A stretch of DNA of 63,011 nt, filler included, from Saprolegnia diclina VS20 (GCF_000281045.1; 5 parts of 2 records of this genome joined end to end with filler, not necessarily neighbours in it), one strand, 5' to 3'; shown: positions 1 to 12,216, counted from the whole stretch's first letter. Program-made: numbers and translations. The notes: a model not told the origin generated them from the letters alone.

Positions 1-1242
1 GTTGGCTCACAAGTTGATGATGATGCAGGATGGAACGACGCCGCTGATGATTGCTGCTCTGAGCGGCCATGACACCGTCGTCAAGACGCTCCTCGCCGCC
101 AACGCCGCTGTGGATCAAGCGATGAACGTACGTTCTCTTCTTTTGCGCTCTTGAATGTTGGCTCACATGTCAATGATGATGTAGGATGGAACGACGCCGC
201 TGCACATTGCTGCTCAGCATGGGCACGATGCCATCGTCAAGATGCTCCTCGCCGCCAACGCTGCTGTAAACCAAGCTAAAAACGTATGTTCTTTACTTTT
301 GCCGGTTGCTCTCTCAAACGTGTGGCCTCACATGTTGCTGATGATAAAGGGTGGAGTGACGCCACTGTTGACGGCTGCTCACAACGGCCATGACACTGTC
401 ATCAAGACGCTCCTCGCCGCCAACGCCGCTGTGGATCAAGCTATGAACGTACGTTGTCATCTTTTGCGCTCTTGAATGTTGGCTCACAAGTTGATGATGA
501 TGCAGGATGGAACGACGCCGCTGATGATTGCTGCTCTGAGCGGCCATGACACCGTCGTCAAGACGCTCCTCGGCGCCAACGCTGCTGTCAATCAAGCTAT
601 GAACGTACGTTCTCTGCTTTTGACGGTTGCGCTCTTAAATCTCAAATGTCGATAATGCTGTAGAATGGAGGGACATCATTGTTTATTGCTGCTCTCAATG
701 GCCATGACACTGTCGTCAAGACCCTCCTCGCCGCCAATGCTGCCGTAGATCAAGCTTTGAACGTACGTTCTCTTCTTTTGCGCTCGTGAATGTTGGCTCA
801 TATGCCATTGATGATGAAGAGCGGAGCGACGCCGCTGATGGTTGCTGCTCAGAACGACCATGACACTGTCGTCAAGACGCTCCTCGCCGCCAACGCTGCT
901 GTCAATCAAGCTATGAACGTACGTTCTCTTCTTTTGCGCTCTTGAATGTTGGCTCACATGTCGATAATGTTGTAGGATGGAGCGACGCCGCTGATGATTG
1001 CTGCTCTAAACGGCCATGACACCGTCGTCAAGACGCTCCTCGGCGCCAACGCTGCTGTGGATCAAGCTAGAAACGTACGTTCTCTGCTTTTGCTTCTTGC
1101 GCTCTCAAATTTTTTGGCTCACATGTTGTTGATGATAATTTAGGATGGAGCGACGTCGCTGCTCCTAGCTGCGTATCAAGGACATGACGTCATTGTCAAG
1201 ACGCTCCTTTGCGCCGACGCAGCTGTGGATCAAACAGCAAAG
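1..1242 (+). repeat. Tandem array of about 156-168 bp exon+intron units (8 copies)
   Basis: Introns are also homologous (gtacgttctcttcttttgcgctcttgaatgttggctcaca...gatgatg(t/c)ag). Positions 1-127 and 478-604 are nearly identical. Confidence 0.95.
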
Positions 1243-1719
1243 GTGCGTGTTCACCTCTACTACAAGGTACAAACTCGTCTCGTATGTAGGACGGGGACAC
1301 GCCACTTTGTGCGGCGTCGCGCTTTGGCTATGCCACAGCGGTGCAAATTCTCCTGGACGCCGGGGCCGATGTCGACAAGCGCGTGCGTACAAGCTTCAAC
1401 GACCGCGATATCCTGCTCTTGGTATTGCAATAGCGTGCACTTCTACATGCGTCACGAGCTTGACCTAGGACGGGACGACCTCTCTCTTGGCGGCGGCTCT
1501 GCGTGGGCATGAAGTGGTTTGCCGCGTGCTGCTCCGTGCCAACGCAAATGTTCACGCGGCGGACAGCGTACAACCTACTCGGTCCGCTGCATGTCTCAGT
1601 GATACCCCGATGTGTAGAGTGGCCAAACCGCACGCATTGCTGCAGAGCGCGGTGGGCACGAGTCGGTCGTGCGACTCTTGCTCGATGCTGGCGCCAGCCT
1701 CGAGGATGATGAGCAATAG
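29..1719 (+). CDS. Ankyrin-repeat protein, 3' part (5' end lies outside the window); one repeat per exon
   Basis: 99-nt phase-0 exons flanked by AG/GT at 29-127, 185-283, 350-448, 506-604, 664-762, 820-918, 976-1074 and 1144-1242, then about 1290-1382, 1469-1567 and 1618-1719 (TAG). Exons translate as e.g. DGTTPLMIAALSGHDTVVKTLLAANAAVDQAMN, matching the ankyrin GxTPLxxAAxxGH consensus. Confidence 0.92.
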
Positions 1720-2357
1720 GTTGCTCAACTTCTGCTTCCTTTACACTGGAAACGTGCCTCGGTTCGTGCGCAAACCGTGCTCGTAAACAAAGAATTTTGT
1801 GCTTTCCCCATTTTGACTTCGGCCGATGCGCTGTACCAACGAAAATGAATTGGCTGCTGGCCCTGCCGAGACGCCGGACGCACTCGTAGCATTTGTAAGT
1901 GGGTGCACACAACGTCGTGCAGTCGTCCGGTGGGACGTGGTATCGTGTCAAGGCGCCGACCGCGCTCCGTGGCGCTATCGATACCGTTGCGTGGCCCAGA
2001 CCGTTGGACTTGAACCGAATCGGCGTGGTCGCCAACATTTCGCAAGCTAGCTCAAAGATGGACAACATTGGCGCGCGCGTTGACGACCATCTCGCCGGCT
2101 ACAAGCAGGTGGGCTTCCTCCTGCGCTCGTGAGGCATGACCGGTGCGTCAAGCTGAGGGTGCTTGGTCGTGGCTCGGGATTGTGCGAGCACACCGATGCC
2201 TCCAAGCGTGGCGCCGTCGGAGCCTGTTGCTCCTGATATCATCCGGATAGGCGTATCTAAGTCGGTTAAAAGACACATGAAACGGGTGTGCGATGATGTG
2301 ATTGGCTGCTGGCGCAAGTGGAGCAATCTCGACACTCGGAATTCGATACACGCCGCC

Positions 2358-3140
2358 ATGTTCCGCCAGCTCCTGCGCAACGCGCTGCCAGCGACGGGCC
2401 TCCTGACCATGGGCGCGGCCTTGGCATCAACGACGTCCTGCGAAGCGCCAGCTGCGTTCACGGACGAGCTGCGCCGGTTGCGCGCCAACGAAAAGGACAT
2501 GACGGCGCGCTGGGTCAAGGACGAGGAGGGCTGGCGCCAGCTCCCGTCGCGCGTCTGGCCCGTCAAGCAACCCAACGCCGACCAGCTTGCTATGCTGCAA
2601 AAAGACATCACATCGACGTGTAGCTCGCGCGATCCTCGCTGCAACGAGCTCCGCTTTGACCTCGCGACGCTCAACGTCTTCAACAACCTCGACACGGAGG
2701 CAGGGTATCACATGTACGTCGACCTTGCGAGCGAAGGCGATGTCGACGGCCTTGTCGCGGTCGGTATGTGCCTCGTCGAAGGCTACGGCGTCGAGCAAGA
2801 CTACGTCATGGGCATCGAATGTCTTCAACGCGCAAGCGCCTGTGGCCACCCGCAAGCCGACTATGAGCTCGGCGTGCTCTACTACACGGGCGCTGCAGGC
2901 AGCGACCTACCCGAAGACGAAGCGAAGGCGCTCGAGTGCTTTGAGCGCGCGCTCGCCAACGGCAAGTTCTCGTACGCAGCGTACATGGTCGCGGACCTCC
3001 TCTTCCAGAACGCGCCGGTCGCCGAGTATGGCCGCGCGCTCCAGCTCCTGTACCTAGCGGCCGAGAACGGCCATCGCTTTGCGCGTCAAGAGATCCAGGC
3101 CTTTGTCGAAGGCAAGCACCGCGCGTTCAAGAAGCTGTGA
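2358..3140 (+). CDS. Sel1-like repeat protein, possibly mitochondrial
   Basis: Uninterrupted ORF with Sel1 motifs (GMCLVEGYGVEQD...ASACGHPQADYELGVLYYTG...EDEAKALECFERA; AAENGHRFA). The N-terminus MFRQLLRNALPATG... resembles a transit peptide. Confidence 0.8.
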   Translation: MFRQLLRNALPATGLLTMGAALASTTSCEAPAAFTDELRRLRANEKDMTARWVKDEEGWRQLPSRVWPVKQPNADQLAMLQKDITSTCSSRDPRCNELRFDLATLNVFNNLDTEAGYHMYVDLASEGDVDGLVAVGMCLVEGYGVEQDYVMGIECLQRASACGHPQADYELGVLYYTGAAGSDLPEDEAKALECFERALANGKFSYAAYMVADLLFQNAPVAEYGRALQLLYLAAENGHRFARQEIQAFVEGKHRAFKKL

Positions 3141-4035
3141 TAGAATCCGACTACGATCTTAGTTTCCGTACTGTAGTACCTTGAGAACTGCATCAACTTT
3201 CACTTCTGGTCGACCACAATCCATCGTCGTCACGTCCCGTGCGATCCGGCGCAGGACGGTCTCTGGTTTGGTCCTTGGGAGAGTGGCGTGGGCTGGGTCG
3301 ACAATCCAGCAACACCCCCTACCCAGGCCCTTGACCAATGTGGCCAAAAACGGGTCTGCCATTCTCCTATCCAAGTACACTTGTGGAAAAAGAGCAAATC
3401 CGATAGCGATCATTTAATTAAAACTACTTTTTTACGCGAATATCTTGGCGTCACCTCCTTTTTTGTCAATCGCATTCCTTCGACACCCGTAAAGTGCGAT
3501 CACTTAAAGCACAGCACGCGATTGCCTTGTCCGAGTACACTCATTGATCACGCCACTCGTAGCATTGCGCCAAGACTCCGTTCATGGCCAACGATCCATT
3601 GATGCAAGTCTCTCAATGCCATCTACGCTTACTAGAATCAACGCCAGTGCTTGAAACGAGCAAATGGCTTGCACTGCATTTTCTATCAACTCTTGGCAGT
3701 ATCAACCTCCTACAGTGTATCAAGCCGAGGCCATCGGTCCGTGGTCTCCACCTACCACTCTATTCCAGAACGTTCACGCTCAGGCGCCACGCAAGATGCC
3801 CTCGCTGGAGGCCACCACACATGCGTTCGTTGGGCCGTATCGACAAGGTTGCAGGGCACAGAGGGGCGTGCACGTCAGTGCAACTATCAACCGTTTAGTC
3901 GAAATTCAGTCAAGGTACTGTTTTAAGGTAATTATCGCAGCTGGCCCCTGGCTGCGCCACGCCATGTGGTCGTCTGATCGCCATACAATTCACAAGAGAG
4001 TCGTCAGTAGCAAATCTCCGCCGTCGTCAGCAGCC

Positions 4036-5559
4036 ATGTATCTCCAGACGCGTGGGCCGATCGTCAGTGAGCAAACGCCCTTGAACAACACGATGGCCAA
4101 GAAGGACAGCTGCGACGAGAACACGTGCGACCTCAAGGAAGAGCGTCGCTGCAATGACATCCTCTTTGCCATTCTCTACCTCCTCGCCTTTGGCGGCGTC
4201 CTCGTGCTCTTTGCGACCTTGTCGTCCGAGGTGCTCGACTACGCCGGCGACAAGCTCGTCCAGGAGCACCACAAGTACAAGTACGCGCTGCGCATTGCCG
4301 GTGCGATTGCCGGCGGCTCGGTGCTCCTCTCGCTTCTCTGGACCGGCATCATGCTCGTCATGGGCAAGCTCCTCATCTGGATCGCGGCCATCACTGCGAT
4401 CGTCGGCACGTTTGTCGCTGGCGTCTTTGGCTCCAAGTTCCTCTACGACAACGGCGACGAGACGTTCTTTTGGTGCCCCGTCGCGCTCGGGTCGCTCCTC
4501 TCGATCATCATGACTGTGTACGTGTGCTGCATTCGCCGCCGCATCGCGTTCGCGTCGGCCAACCTCAAGGTCTCGTGCTCGGCCGTGCTCCGGTACCCGG
4601 TGATCCTCCTCATTGCGCTCGCGGCGACGCTCGTCCAGGTCGGCTGGGTGCTCATCTGGGCGGTCGCCACGTACGCGGCCGTGAACCACGGTGAGTACAC
4701 GAGCACGGACGGCAAGGGCTACAACGGCGCGCAGAAGTTTGGTATCTTTACGCTCATGCTCCTCGCGTTCTTCTGGACGCTCTTTGTCATCCGCAACGTT
4801 GTCCACGTAACGACGTCGGGCACGGTTGCGGCCTGGTGGTACAACGCCGACAACGAGCGCAAGTCGATGACGAGCACGACGGCCCTCTGCCGCGCGCTCA
4901 CGCTTTCGTTTGGCTCGATCTGCTTTGGCTCGCTCGTCGTCTCGATCATCGAGACCATCAAGACGATCCTCGAGCTCTTCCGCCACGCCGCCTCCAAGTC
5001 GGGCAACTCGGTCGCTGTCTGCCTCCTCGGCTGCCTCGAGTGCATCATTGGCTGCATCTCGCGCATCGTCCAGTACTTCAACAAGTACGCGTACTCGTAC
5101 GTCGGTATCTACGGCTTTAGCTTCATCCGCGCCGGCAAGGAAACGTACGAGCTCTTTGAAAAGATGGGCTGGTCCGCCGTCGCCAACGACTCGCTCATCG
5201 ACAACGTGCTCCTCATTGGCTCCGTCATGGTCGGTATGGTCGGCGCCGCCGCGGCCTACGGCGTCGTTGCGTGGGATCGCGCCAACAACAACAGCCTCTG
5301 GACGCAGAACCTCGACAAGCCGCAGCTCGTGCTCGGTATCACGGGCCTTTTGATTGGCTTTTCGATCTGCTACATTGTCATGGCCGTCATCAACTCGTCG
5401 GTCGCGACCGTCTTTGTGCTCTTTGCCGAGGACCCGCACTCGCTCCACCACTCGCACCCAGAGCACCACGACACGCTCCACGAAGCGTGGAACGACATCT
5501 ACCCGGAGGAGTACGCCAAGAACCCCCACGGCACCAAGAAGGACGAGACCAAGGCGTAA
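4036..5559 (+). CDS. Choline transporter-like (CTL/SLC44/Pns1) membrane protein
   Basis: Multi-TM ORF with family motifs RRCNDILFAILY, RRRIAFASANL, SFGSICFGSLVVSII and YFNKYAYSYVGIYGFSFIRAGK. Confidence 0.92.
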   Translation: MYLQTRGPIVSEQTPLNNTMAKKDSCDENTCDLKEERRCNDILFAILYLLAFGGVLVLFATLSSEVLDYAGDKLVQEHHKYKYALRIAGAIAGGSVLLSLLWTGIMLVMGKLLIWIAAITAIVGTFVAGVFGSKFLYDNGDETFFWCPVALGSLLSIIMTVYVCCIRRRIAFASANLKVSCSAVLRYPVILLIALAATLVQVGWVLIWAVATYAAVNHGEYTSTDGKGYNGAQKFGIFTLMLLAFFWTLFVIRNVVHVTTSGTVAAWWYNADNERKSMTSTTALCRALTLSFGSICFGSLVVSIIETIKTILELFRHAASKSGNSVAVCLLGCLECIIGCISRIVQYFNKYAYSYVGIYGFSFIRAGKETYELFEKMGWSAVANDSLIDNVLLIGSVMVGMVGAAAAYGVVAWDRANNNSLWTQNLDKPQLVLGITGLLIGFSICYIVMAVINSSVATVFVLFAEDPHSLHHSHPEHHDTLHEAWNDIYPEEYAKNPHGTKKDETKA

Positions 5560-6145
5560 GTTTCGTCTACGATCTAGATCTCACGTCTGTACTACATCGG
5601 GACGAATGGCGACATCAGTTTTGATCTGTGCTACTTGGGCTTTTGTGGTATCGAGATACCGTGTTGATGGTTCGACGAGCCTGTCGTTATGACAGATGTG
5701 GCGGACAGTGTGGTGGGCAAATGTGGTAGTACGTGCTTGAGAGCGCGCACAGAAAGTCACAATATCGAGAGCTAGACGGCAGATCACCAACGGCCAATAA
5801 GAAATACGTTTCGTTTTGACTTTGGTCCCGATGGATCGGCTACGGTACAACGAGCTTCAAACCAAACGTGACAATAACCCAGTAGCGTTGCATCGATTCA
5901 AACTGGCTAGCGCTCTACGAAACGTTCGTCATCAAAGGGAACGGCGTTCCCTTTGTACCAGTACTAGTACAGGATAAGAACTGCAAGGTCCAGAACTTAT
6001 CGCACAGACCCAAGTGCAAAGTCAAGTGCAATGTGAGCGGAAACCGTGCAAAGTGGACATGTGGACCACGCAAATGACAACCATGTCCACCAAACAACGA
6101 GAAATGCAGTCAGATACGGTACAATAAGAGATGAGTTGCTGGTTA

Positions 6146-6989
6146 TCAGTACTTGTCGCGGTTCATCGCATTGATCGGGAAGAGAATGTCGGTGCGGATA
6201 ATGTACTTGCAGTTTTTGAGCGGGCCGTCGCCGACGTCCACGGTATCGTGCTCGGGCATGTGCTGCAGTCCCGACCCGGTATGGTACAAGCAGTGCTCAA
6301 AGAGCACGATGCGCCCAGTCTTGGGCGTCACGGGCGTTCCCGCCGCCTTCTCGGGAGAGTCAAAGCTCAAAAACACCGTCTCGCCGCCGGTAAAGTCGAC
6401 GCCGCCGCCGTCGTTCAAGTAAATGAGCACCGTGATCAAGCTCTCGCTGCCTACACTTCTGTTGACCCATAGCTCTAGCCAAGTCGCGACGACGCACCAG
6501 ACGCCTCGTCGGGCACGATGCGATCATAGTGGGCGTCAAACACGTCATCACCGAGGTACCGGAGCATGCGCAGGCGCGGCGCCAGACCCAGTGGCATACC
6601 ACAGCCTTCGCGGTCAATGTAGCTACAACAACAAACAGCGTGAGCCAGAAAGACCAGGTCGCAGTGGCGTACTTGACGATCGCGGGCAGCGCGTCGCTGT
6701 TGAGGATGCGCTGCCAAATGATGTCGGCAAACCGCTTGTTCTGCATGACCGAGAGGTTGTACTCGGTCTTGGACCGGCGCTGGTCGCCGTCCGGGTGCAT
6801 CTTGGTGAGCGCGCCGCTCACGCTCTTGAGCGCCGGCGTCATGTGCTTGATGAGGGCCTTGCACTCGTTGGCGCTGAGCACGTGATCGAGGACCTCGAAC
6901 ATGCAGTCGGCCGGCGCGACGCCGTACTTGTGCACGTTCGGCGGCAACGTCGGCTTGGCCGCCAGCGCCGGCGCAATGGTGCTGCTCAT
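6146..6989 (-). CDS. Prolyl-4-hydroxylase-like 2OG-Fe(II) oxygenase (3 exons)
   Basis: Spliced product contains VLSANECKALI, LRMLRY...FDAHYD (HxD), ITVLIYLND...FTGGET, LFEHCLYHTG and KYIIRTDI. GT-AG introns lie at about 6625-6672 and 6451-6497. Confidence 0.88.
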
Positions 6990-7054
6990 GCTGGTTTTCC
7001 AGTTTTGGCCGCCATGCACCGCAAGTAGCCAATCGCGAGGCGCTCGACGCTAAA

Positions 7055-7066
7055 TTTCAGCCAATC
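7055..7066 (-). promoter_or_regulatory. Oomycete-type CCAAT box (GATTGGCTGAAA on the minus strand)
   Basis: tttcagccaatc lies about 70 bp upstream of the oxygenase ATG, with a second agccaatc at about 7027. Confidence 0.5.
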
Positions 7067-7470
7067 CGCATCGAGGTAGCCATAGCGCGTCTATGCACCT
7101 CCTCACTCCGCCACGATCTTTGCCAGTCGTTCGCAACGCATCTATGCGTCGATGCAATGGTAGTGGCAGCTGCGTCGTCTGGTGGCCGCTTCTAGTTCTG
7201 GTTGCCACCAGATTCTGGGCGAGGACGCAGCGACATTGAGGCTCAGGAAGCATCCAAGCCGCGCAGCTTGCTTGGATGCTCCTGACACCGACAGCGCATG
7301 AAGCTGCAACGAGCCCGCTGGCGCTAGTATACAATGGCAGCGGATGCGAGGAGGCCCCAGGACTACATGTCATCGCTGTATAGGCCATGCGCAAGGGAAG
7401 ATCCTCGGTGCCAGAGACTCTAGTGTGATGAGGCCAGCCAGCGGCACGAAGTAGAGTGGTTCAGACTAGA

Positions 7471-8208
7471 TTAGATCTGGAGAAACGACAAATGGGCTTG
7501 AAGGGCCTCGACGTTGGCGAGGAATTGGTAAAACATGGGCAGCGACAGCTCCAGCGCCTCGGTCGACCGCAGCGCCGTACCGCGCGGCTGCAGAACAAAT
7601 GTCAAGACGACAAATGGAGCACCGACCTAGTGTATCGTTCCTTTGCTAAACGATTCGAATGCAATTATGTGTACCGATGGCAAGAGGCTCGTGGCCGTCG
7701 TGATGCCAAGCTTCCACGTCATGTCGATGAAGTCTGCGTGGACGAGCTGGAGACTGCGGCACGATACATCGGCTGTCGCCGTCCATCGCGCGCCAAAGCG
7801 CTTAGCTGTAGCTTCATTCGCGCCTATAAGCAGTGCTAGTCGTTGTGCCCCAGTGCGGTCAAGTGTACCTGCTGCCAAAAGTGCTGCGACGAGATCGTTA
7901 GGCGACGCCTGCTCGGTGATGGCGGTCGAAAGGATCGCCAGTGTGTTTTGGAGAATGTGCTATGCACTGCATCAGCCATTGCGCTGGCGATATGCACATA
8001 CCTTGAGTGGTGTAAGGTTCATGTTGTGAGCGGCTGCAAAGCCCGAGGCGAACGTCGCCACGTCATGGTCCTAGCGCCGCATGGGCTTCGCTTCCAGGCG
8101 TATCGCTGCGGCAGGAAATACCTGAGGCGCGCCTGCGTAGGCCATGACAAAGTTCACGAGCTCATCCTGCATGGCGTCCGTCATCGCACTCATGTCGGCC
8201 GGCGCCAT
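7471..8208 (-). CDS. COMMD7: COMM domain protein, most similar to COMMD7 (multi-exon)
   Basis: Spliced C-terminus ADFIDMTWKLGITTATSLLPSVGAPFVVLTFVLQ...ELSLPMFYQFLANVEALQAHL matches the COMMD7 pattern (DMEWKFGVT...VG..F..L....ELTLPQFY.FL). Confidence 0.8.
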
Positions 8209-9332
8209 CGCTGTCGCTCGATCTTTCGCTCTTCGGACTGGAAAATCCATGCAACAGCCAATCCGATCGTTCATCATGCGACCTTTATGGCGAATCAAAA
8301 CGATCGTACACTATTTACGTGACTACGAAATACGATCTTATTGCGCAATGATTGGCCAGACTTTAGTTCAAGCTTCGGTTGGTTGCTTCGACCCTGCAAT
8401 CTTTGGCACGCTTGTCAATGCTCCAAACCACGCACTAGCGTAGTAGTCTCCCGTCGGCATGCTATACCGTTGCGCAAGGTTCTAGTTAACGGTTCGAAAA
8501 TAGTTATTTTCTTTCGCAAAAGTAATCACTGTCAGAAAGCAGAACGAGCAGAACGAAGGTACTTCAACCACCACGGCAGGCCTCTATCGCGTCGCCTTCT
8601 CCAGCTGGGCTCGCAAGGTAACTTGCAGAAGCCTTTGCATGCGACTGTACCAGCTGCGCAACACACAACAGTTTAAGCAAACCGACGAACGAAGTGACGC
8701 TTTGACAAAGAAAAGAGTCTGGGAAGAGACGTCCCGTGTGAACAGGTTCACGATCGGAGCAGTGACGGCCTCCTCCCAACTGCACTCGTGCTGGCAATCC
8801 ACTGCGCATTGCTCTCTCTACTAGCGCGAGCGCGAATCTCATGCACGTCAGCACACCGGACCGAGGCTTATTGGGTGCTTCCAGGGACTTTCGATCGACG
8901 TTGTAGCTCGACAATGTATGCTCGGCGGTGGGACGGGCGTAGGATGATTGGAACCGAATGCTTGCACCCGGCCGTCGTGTGCACTTGACTGTAAACTTAC
9001 TCCTCGACTACGACGTCATTGGTGCCACCGTCTTGTCGCTCAGCGTCGCAGGCGGGTGGCCATCGGTCGCGTGGCGCGTAACACCCAGAGTACCTCTGTC
9101 GACGCGTCCACAGCGGCGTCTTGTCCTCTTGTGAAGCTCTTGTGAAGGACACGCCACCTCCGCACGGTCGGGCCGTCCTTTTCAACGGCAAAGTCGACAG
9201 CACCACGCCTCCAAGGGTTGCATCTGGTCGCCTCGTCTTGAAAACCTGCTGGTTACACACCGTGTGTCGCCGTGCGGGATCCGAAGCGCGTCACAACTCC
9301 GTGGCGCCGTCAAACCGCTCGCATTTCGCAAT

Positions 9333-9691
9333 ATGCTCAGCGTCACGCATACGCTGGCCGTGCACGTCGACAGCCTCATGCCCAAGACGAAATACATCAA
9401 AGACGCCCAGCGCAAGCGCTGCGCCCTCTGCCTCCGCCGCTTCCATCCGTTTCGGCGACGCCACCACTGCCGGCTGGTACGTGCGACGCCCGTCGTCGCT
9501 TCCTCATGATACCCTTCCATTTTGCTTAGTGCGGCGAGGTGGCCTGCCACCAATGCACGCTATACGTCACTTTGGTGCTGCCGGGCACAGCGACGTCATT
9601 GACACGCAGTTGCTGCCGGTGCGCCGACGCCAAGGGCCGGGTGCTGCCCATCGGGCAGGAAGCGGCGCTCGAGCACTGGACCACGCCATGA
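9333..9691 (+). CDS. Small FYVE zinc-finger protein (2 exons, 9333-9476 and 9530-9691)
   Basis: CALCLRRFHPFRRRHHCRL|CGEVACHQC...CCRC contains the FYVE R(R/K)HHCRxCG signature, split by a GT-AG intron. Confidence 0.8.
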
Positions 9692-11038
9692 GCGGAAAGG
9701 CAACTTCACCAAATAGCTTGGCATTTGTATGCCATACCCAACCCAAGACGATGACGCGTGGGTTGTATACGATACACGTGGTGCACCTGCACCCATGTGT
9801 GGGAAACACCACGCGTGGGTGTGGGAAATACATAAAAACACCCAACTTTCGGTCTGCCCCAAGGAGACACTAATTTACACGCTAAAAGAACGACAACATT
9901 GTACAATATGCTGGATCGTCATCGACGCCCACCACAACGTATGTGATGGAGAAGACACTGGGCGGCGCTGTGTGGTCACCGATACGGAACGGCGCCGTGT
10001 ACTTCATGCCAGATCGAAAGAGACACCCAAGCGCCATTCATTTGATTCCCACGACCATCCAAATCCTGGGCATGTACTTGTCGGTGAGCGTGGCTACTTG
10101 AGTACCAAGTGATCAGTTTTATTCAGAATGGTCTTTGAAATACATTGCCCACGTTCTGTTGCTGGTCGAGTTCATGGCGCTTGACGCATCAACGGTGTTC
10201 GCGACAATATCTGTTCCTCGTATCTGCACAAATGGTTTGTTGTGTTTTGCTGAAATGAGATCTTGTACCCAAATTTTCTTGTGAAAATGTGTTCTTATCG
10301 CTTATAGTGTCTGTAGCACCAGCCAGGACGTGGCTACGTTGCCACCTTGCAGCGACAAGAGTGCACGTGGCGTGCGGTATACGAAGAGACGCGTCTGATA
10401 TCGAGGCCAGTGATACGCACCGTACGTCTCTTTTGGCCCGATTTCCTTGTGCACAAGTCCACGCAACGATCCGACACGAGCGATCCTGCAACCCTATCCA
10501 CTCGGTCACTGTGTAACGCTCGCACCACGCGATGCCACGTCATCGTCTCGACAGCTCCGGAGCCGTACGTTTCAAAAGCAAATGCTAGGATCATCTTGCT
10601 ACTAGGAACGTAGCCGAAACCCTCGCACGGCTCATCGCCTCGTAGCGTAGCAAGGCAACAAAAATACAACACCGCACCCTCTTTACCTCGCATCTTGTCC
10701 CAGTGGTCCGGACGCCGCCGCAGTCGATCGATTGCTCGTGTACCATGAACTTTGCGTCCCCGTTGCGCCATGCACGAGCTTGAGCAAGCCGGTGTCGTCG
10801 GGTGTGGCGTGTGGGGTCGGCGCCAGGTGCAAAAGTTGCGTGGTTTTAACGAGACGCTGCGCAGCCCGTGCTTTATCACGTTTTCCACCCAGCTGCCGTA
10901 TCCCCGAGCCCTACGCCGGATACCATCCATACAAACAGCAAGTGCCCTTTCGATCCGGATAACGGGCGGAAGGAAACGAGGTCGCCCATCACCTGACGGA
11001 GCGTATTTCTTGTGCGGCAGTTTGCGATTTCGACTGCG

Positions 11039-11668
11039 ATGGACGCCGAACAGATCGAAGCCATGGAAGCCAGCATCCAAGAGAAGCTCCGCGCGATGGA
11101 GGCCATGGAAGGCCTGCCCAAGGAGGTCGAGGCCGAGATGGAGCCCATCGAAGAGAGCTCGACCGAAGAGGCCAAATCGGTCGCGTCGTCGGGCGACCAC
11201 CATCATGCTCAGCCGGCGTCGCTCACCGACTACGAAGACCACTCGTCGCCGATGCACCACGCATCGTATGCGATGAGCCAGCCCGAGATCCCGCGCCCGC
11301 CCCGGAAGGCCAAGTACGCGTACGTCCGCCCGCGCTACATGGACGTTGAGCGGTCGCCGCTCTTCATCCGGCACCGCGAAGAGCAAATGCTCCGGCGGCG
11401 CGAGCTCGAGCAGTTCAACAACTTGCGTGCGCAGCAGCGCAAGGAAGCGTGGGAGATGCTTCTGCGGCAAAAGCAGGAGGCCGAGGCCAAGGAGCGACAA
11501 GTGATCCAGGACCGCAACATGGACGCGCACAGCTTTCGCCAAATGATGAAGACGCCGTCGAGCTTCACCAAGGAAGAGGACACCCGGCATTCGATGCCTG
11601 CGCGCATGTCGCTCTCGAGCGTCCGCTCGTTCCGCCCCAACTCGGCCAAGATGGCCCCCGCCGTGTGA
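11039..11668 (+). CDS. Hypothetical coiled-coil protein
   Basis: 209-aa ORF with strong GC3 bias, an acidic N-terminus and an E/R/Q-rich helical segment. No family recognised. Confidence 0.65.
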   Translation: MDAEQIEAMEASIQEKLRAMEAMEGLPKEVEAEMEPIEESSTEEAKSVASSGDHHHAQPASLTDYEDHSSPMHHASYAMSQPEIPRPPRKAKYAYVRPRYMDVERSPLFIRHREEQMLRRRELEQFNNLRAQQRKEAWEMLLRQKQEAEAKERQVIQDRNMDAHSFRQMMKTPSSFTKEEDTRHSMPARMSLSSVRSFRPNSAKMAPAV

Positions 11669-12216
11669 TTCCGCCTACTGTATTGCCTCCATGTCTGTGA
11701 ATATATGATGATCCAACTACTGATAACCATCTTCTTCAAAGGGCAAGGTGGTCGCAGAAAGGCAACGTCGAAAACACCCAACTTTTTTCAACATTCAACG
11801 CGACACGCCCGCCAGTGATCGGGCAGCCGACGTATGGCTCCTGTGGCTCCACATATCGAATCGCTCGCCTTCAACAGTACCTTCAACGGCCGCCGGTTGA
11901 GGTCAAGCGGCGTCGGTAGGAAGCCGCTCCGTGTATTGACACAGTGGACGTCGACGAGCCAGAGACACGGCCATGGGAGCATTGCGTGCGTTTAGACACT
12001 GGCTTCATGGACCCGCAACTGCGGCAACGCTGGCTTTCTGCGCGAAGCACAACATCGCGACACGCTCGTCGTCTGAGCACCTCCCGTCCTTGCACTTTGG
12101 CTACACCTTGCAGCTACTCTTGCTGCGAGTACTATACTATAGTAGCTTCCAGTCGCGCGTTGCTAAACGTTAGAGACGATTGTCAATGAAAACGATAGAC
12201 AATATTGTTGCGATAT

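Noticed and set aside
1..1242. Regularly spaced repeats superficially like a CRISPR array
   Set aside because: The units are ankyrin exons with GT-AG introns in a eukaryotic gene. The 'spacers' are homologous to each other and no cas genes are present.
1826..2132. Short possible ORF ending ...DDHLAGYKQVGFLLRS
   Set aside because: No recognisable domain or convincing start and splice structure.
3664..4035. N-terminal extension of the CTL ORF
   Set aside because: It has non-coding-like composition. Family similarity and codon bias begin at the ATG at 4036.
4027..5529. Long antisense ORFs (also 36372-37745, 43739-45109, 50904-52187 and 10334-11590)
   Set aside because: They are shadows of high-GC3 genes on the opposite strand and have no recognisable motifs.
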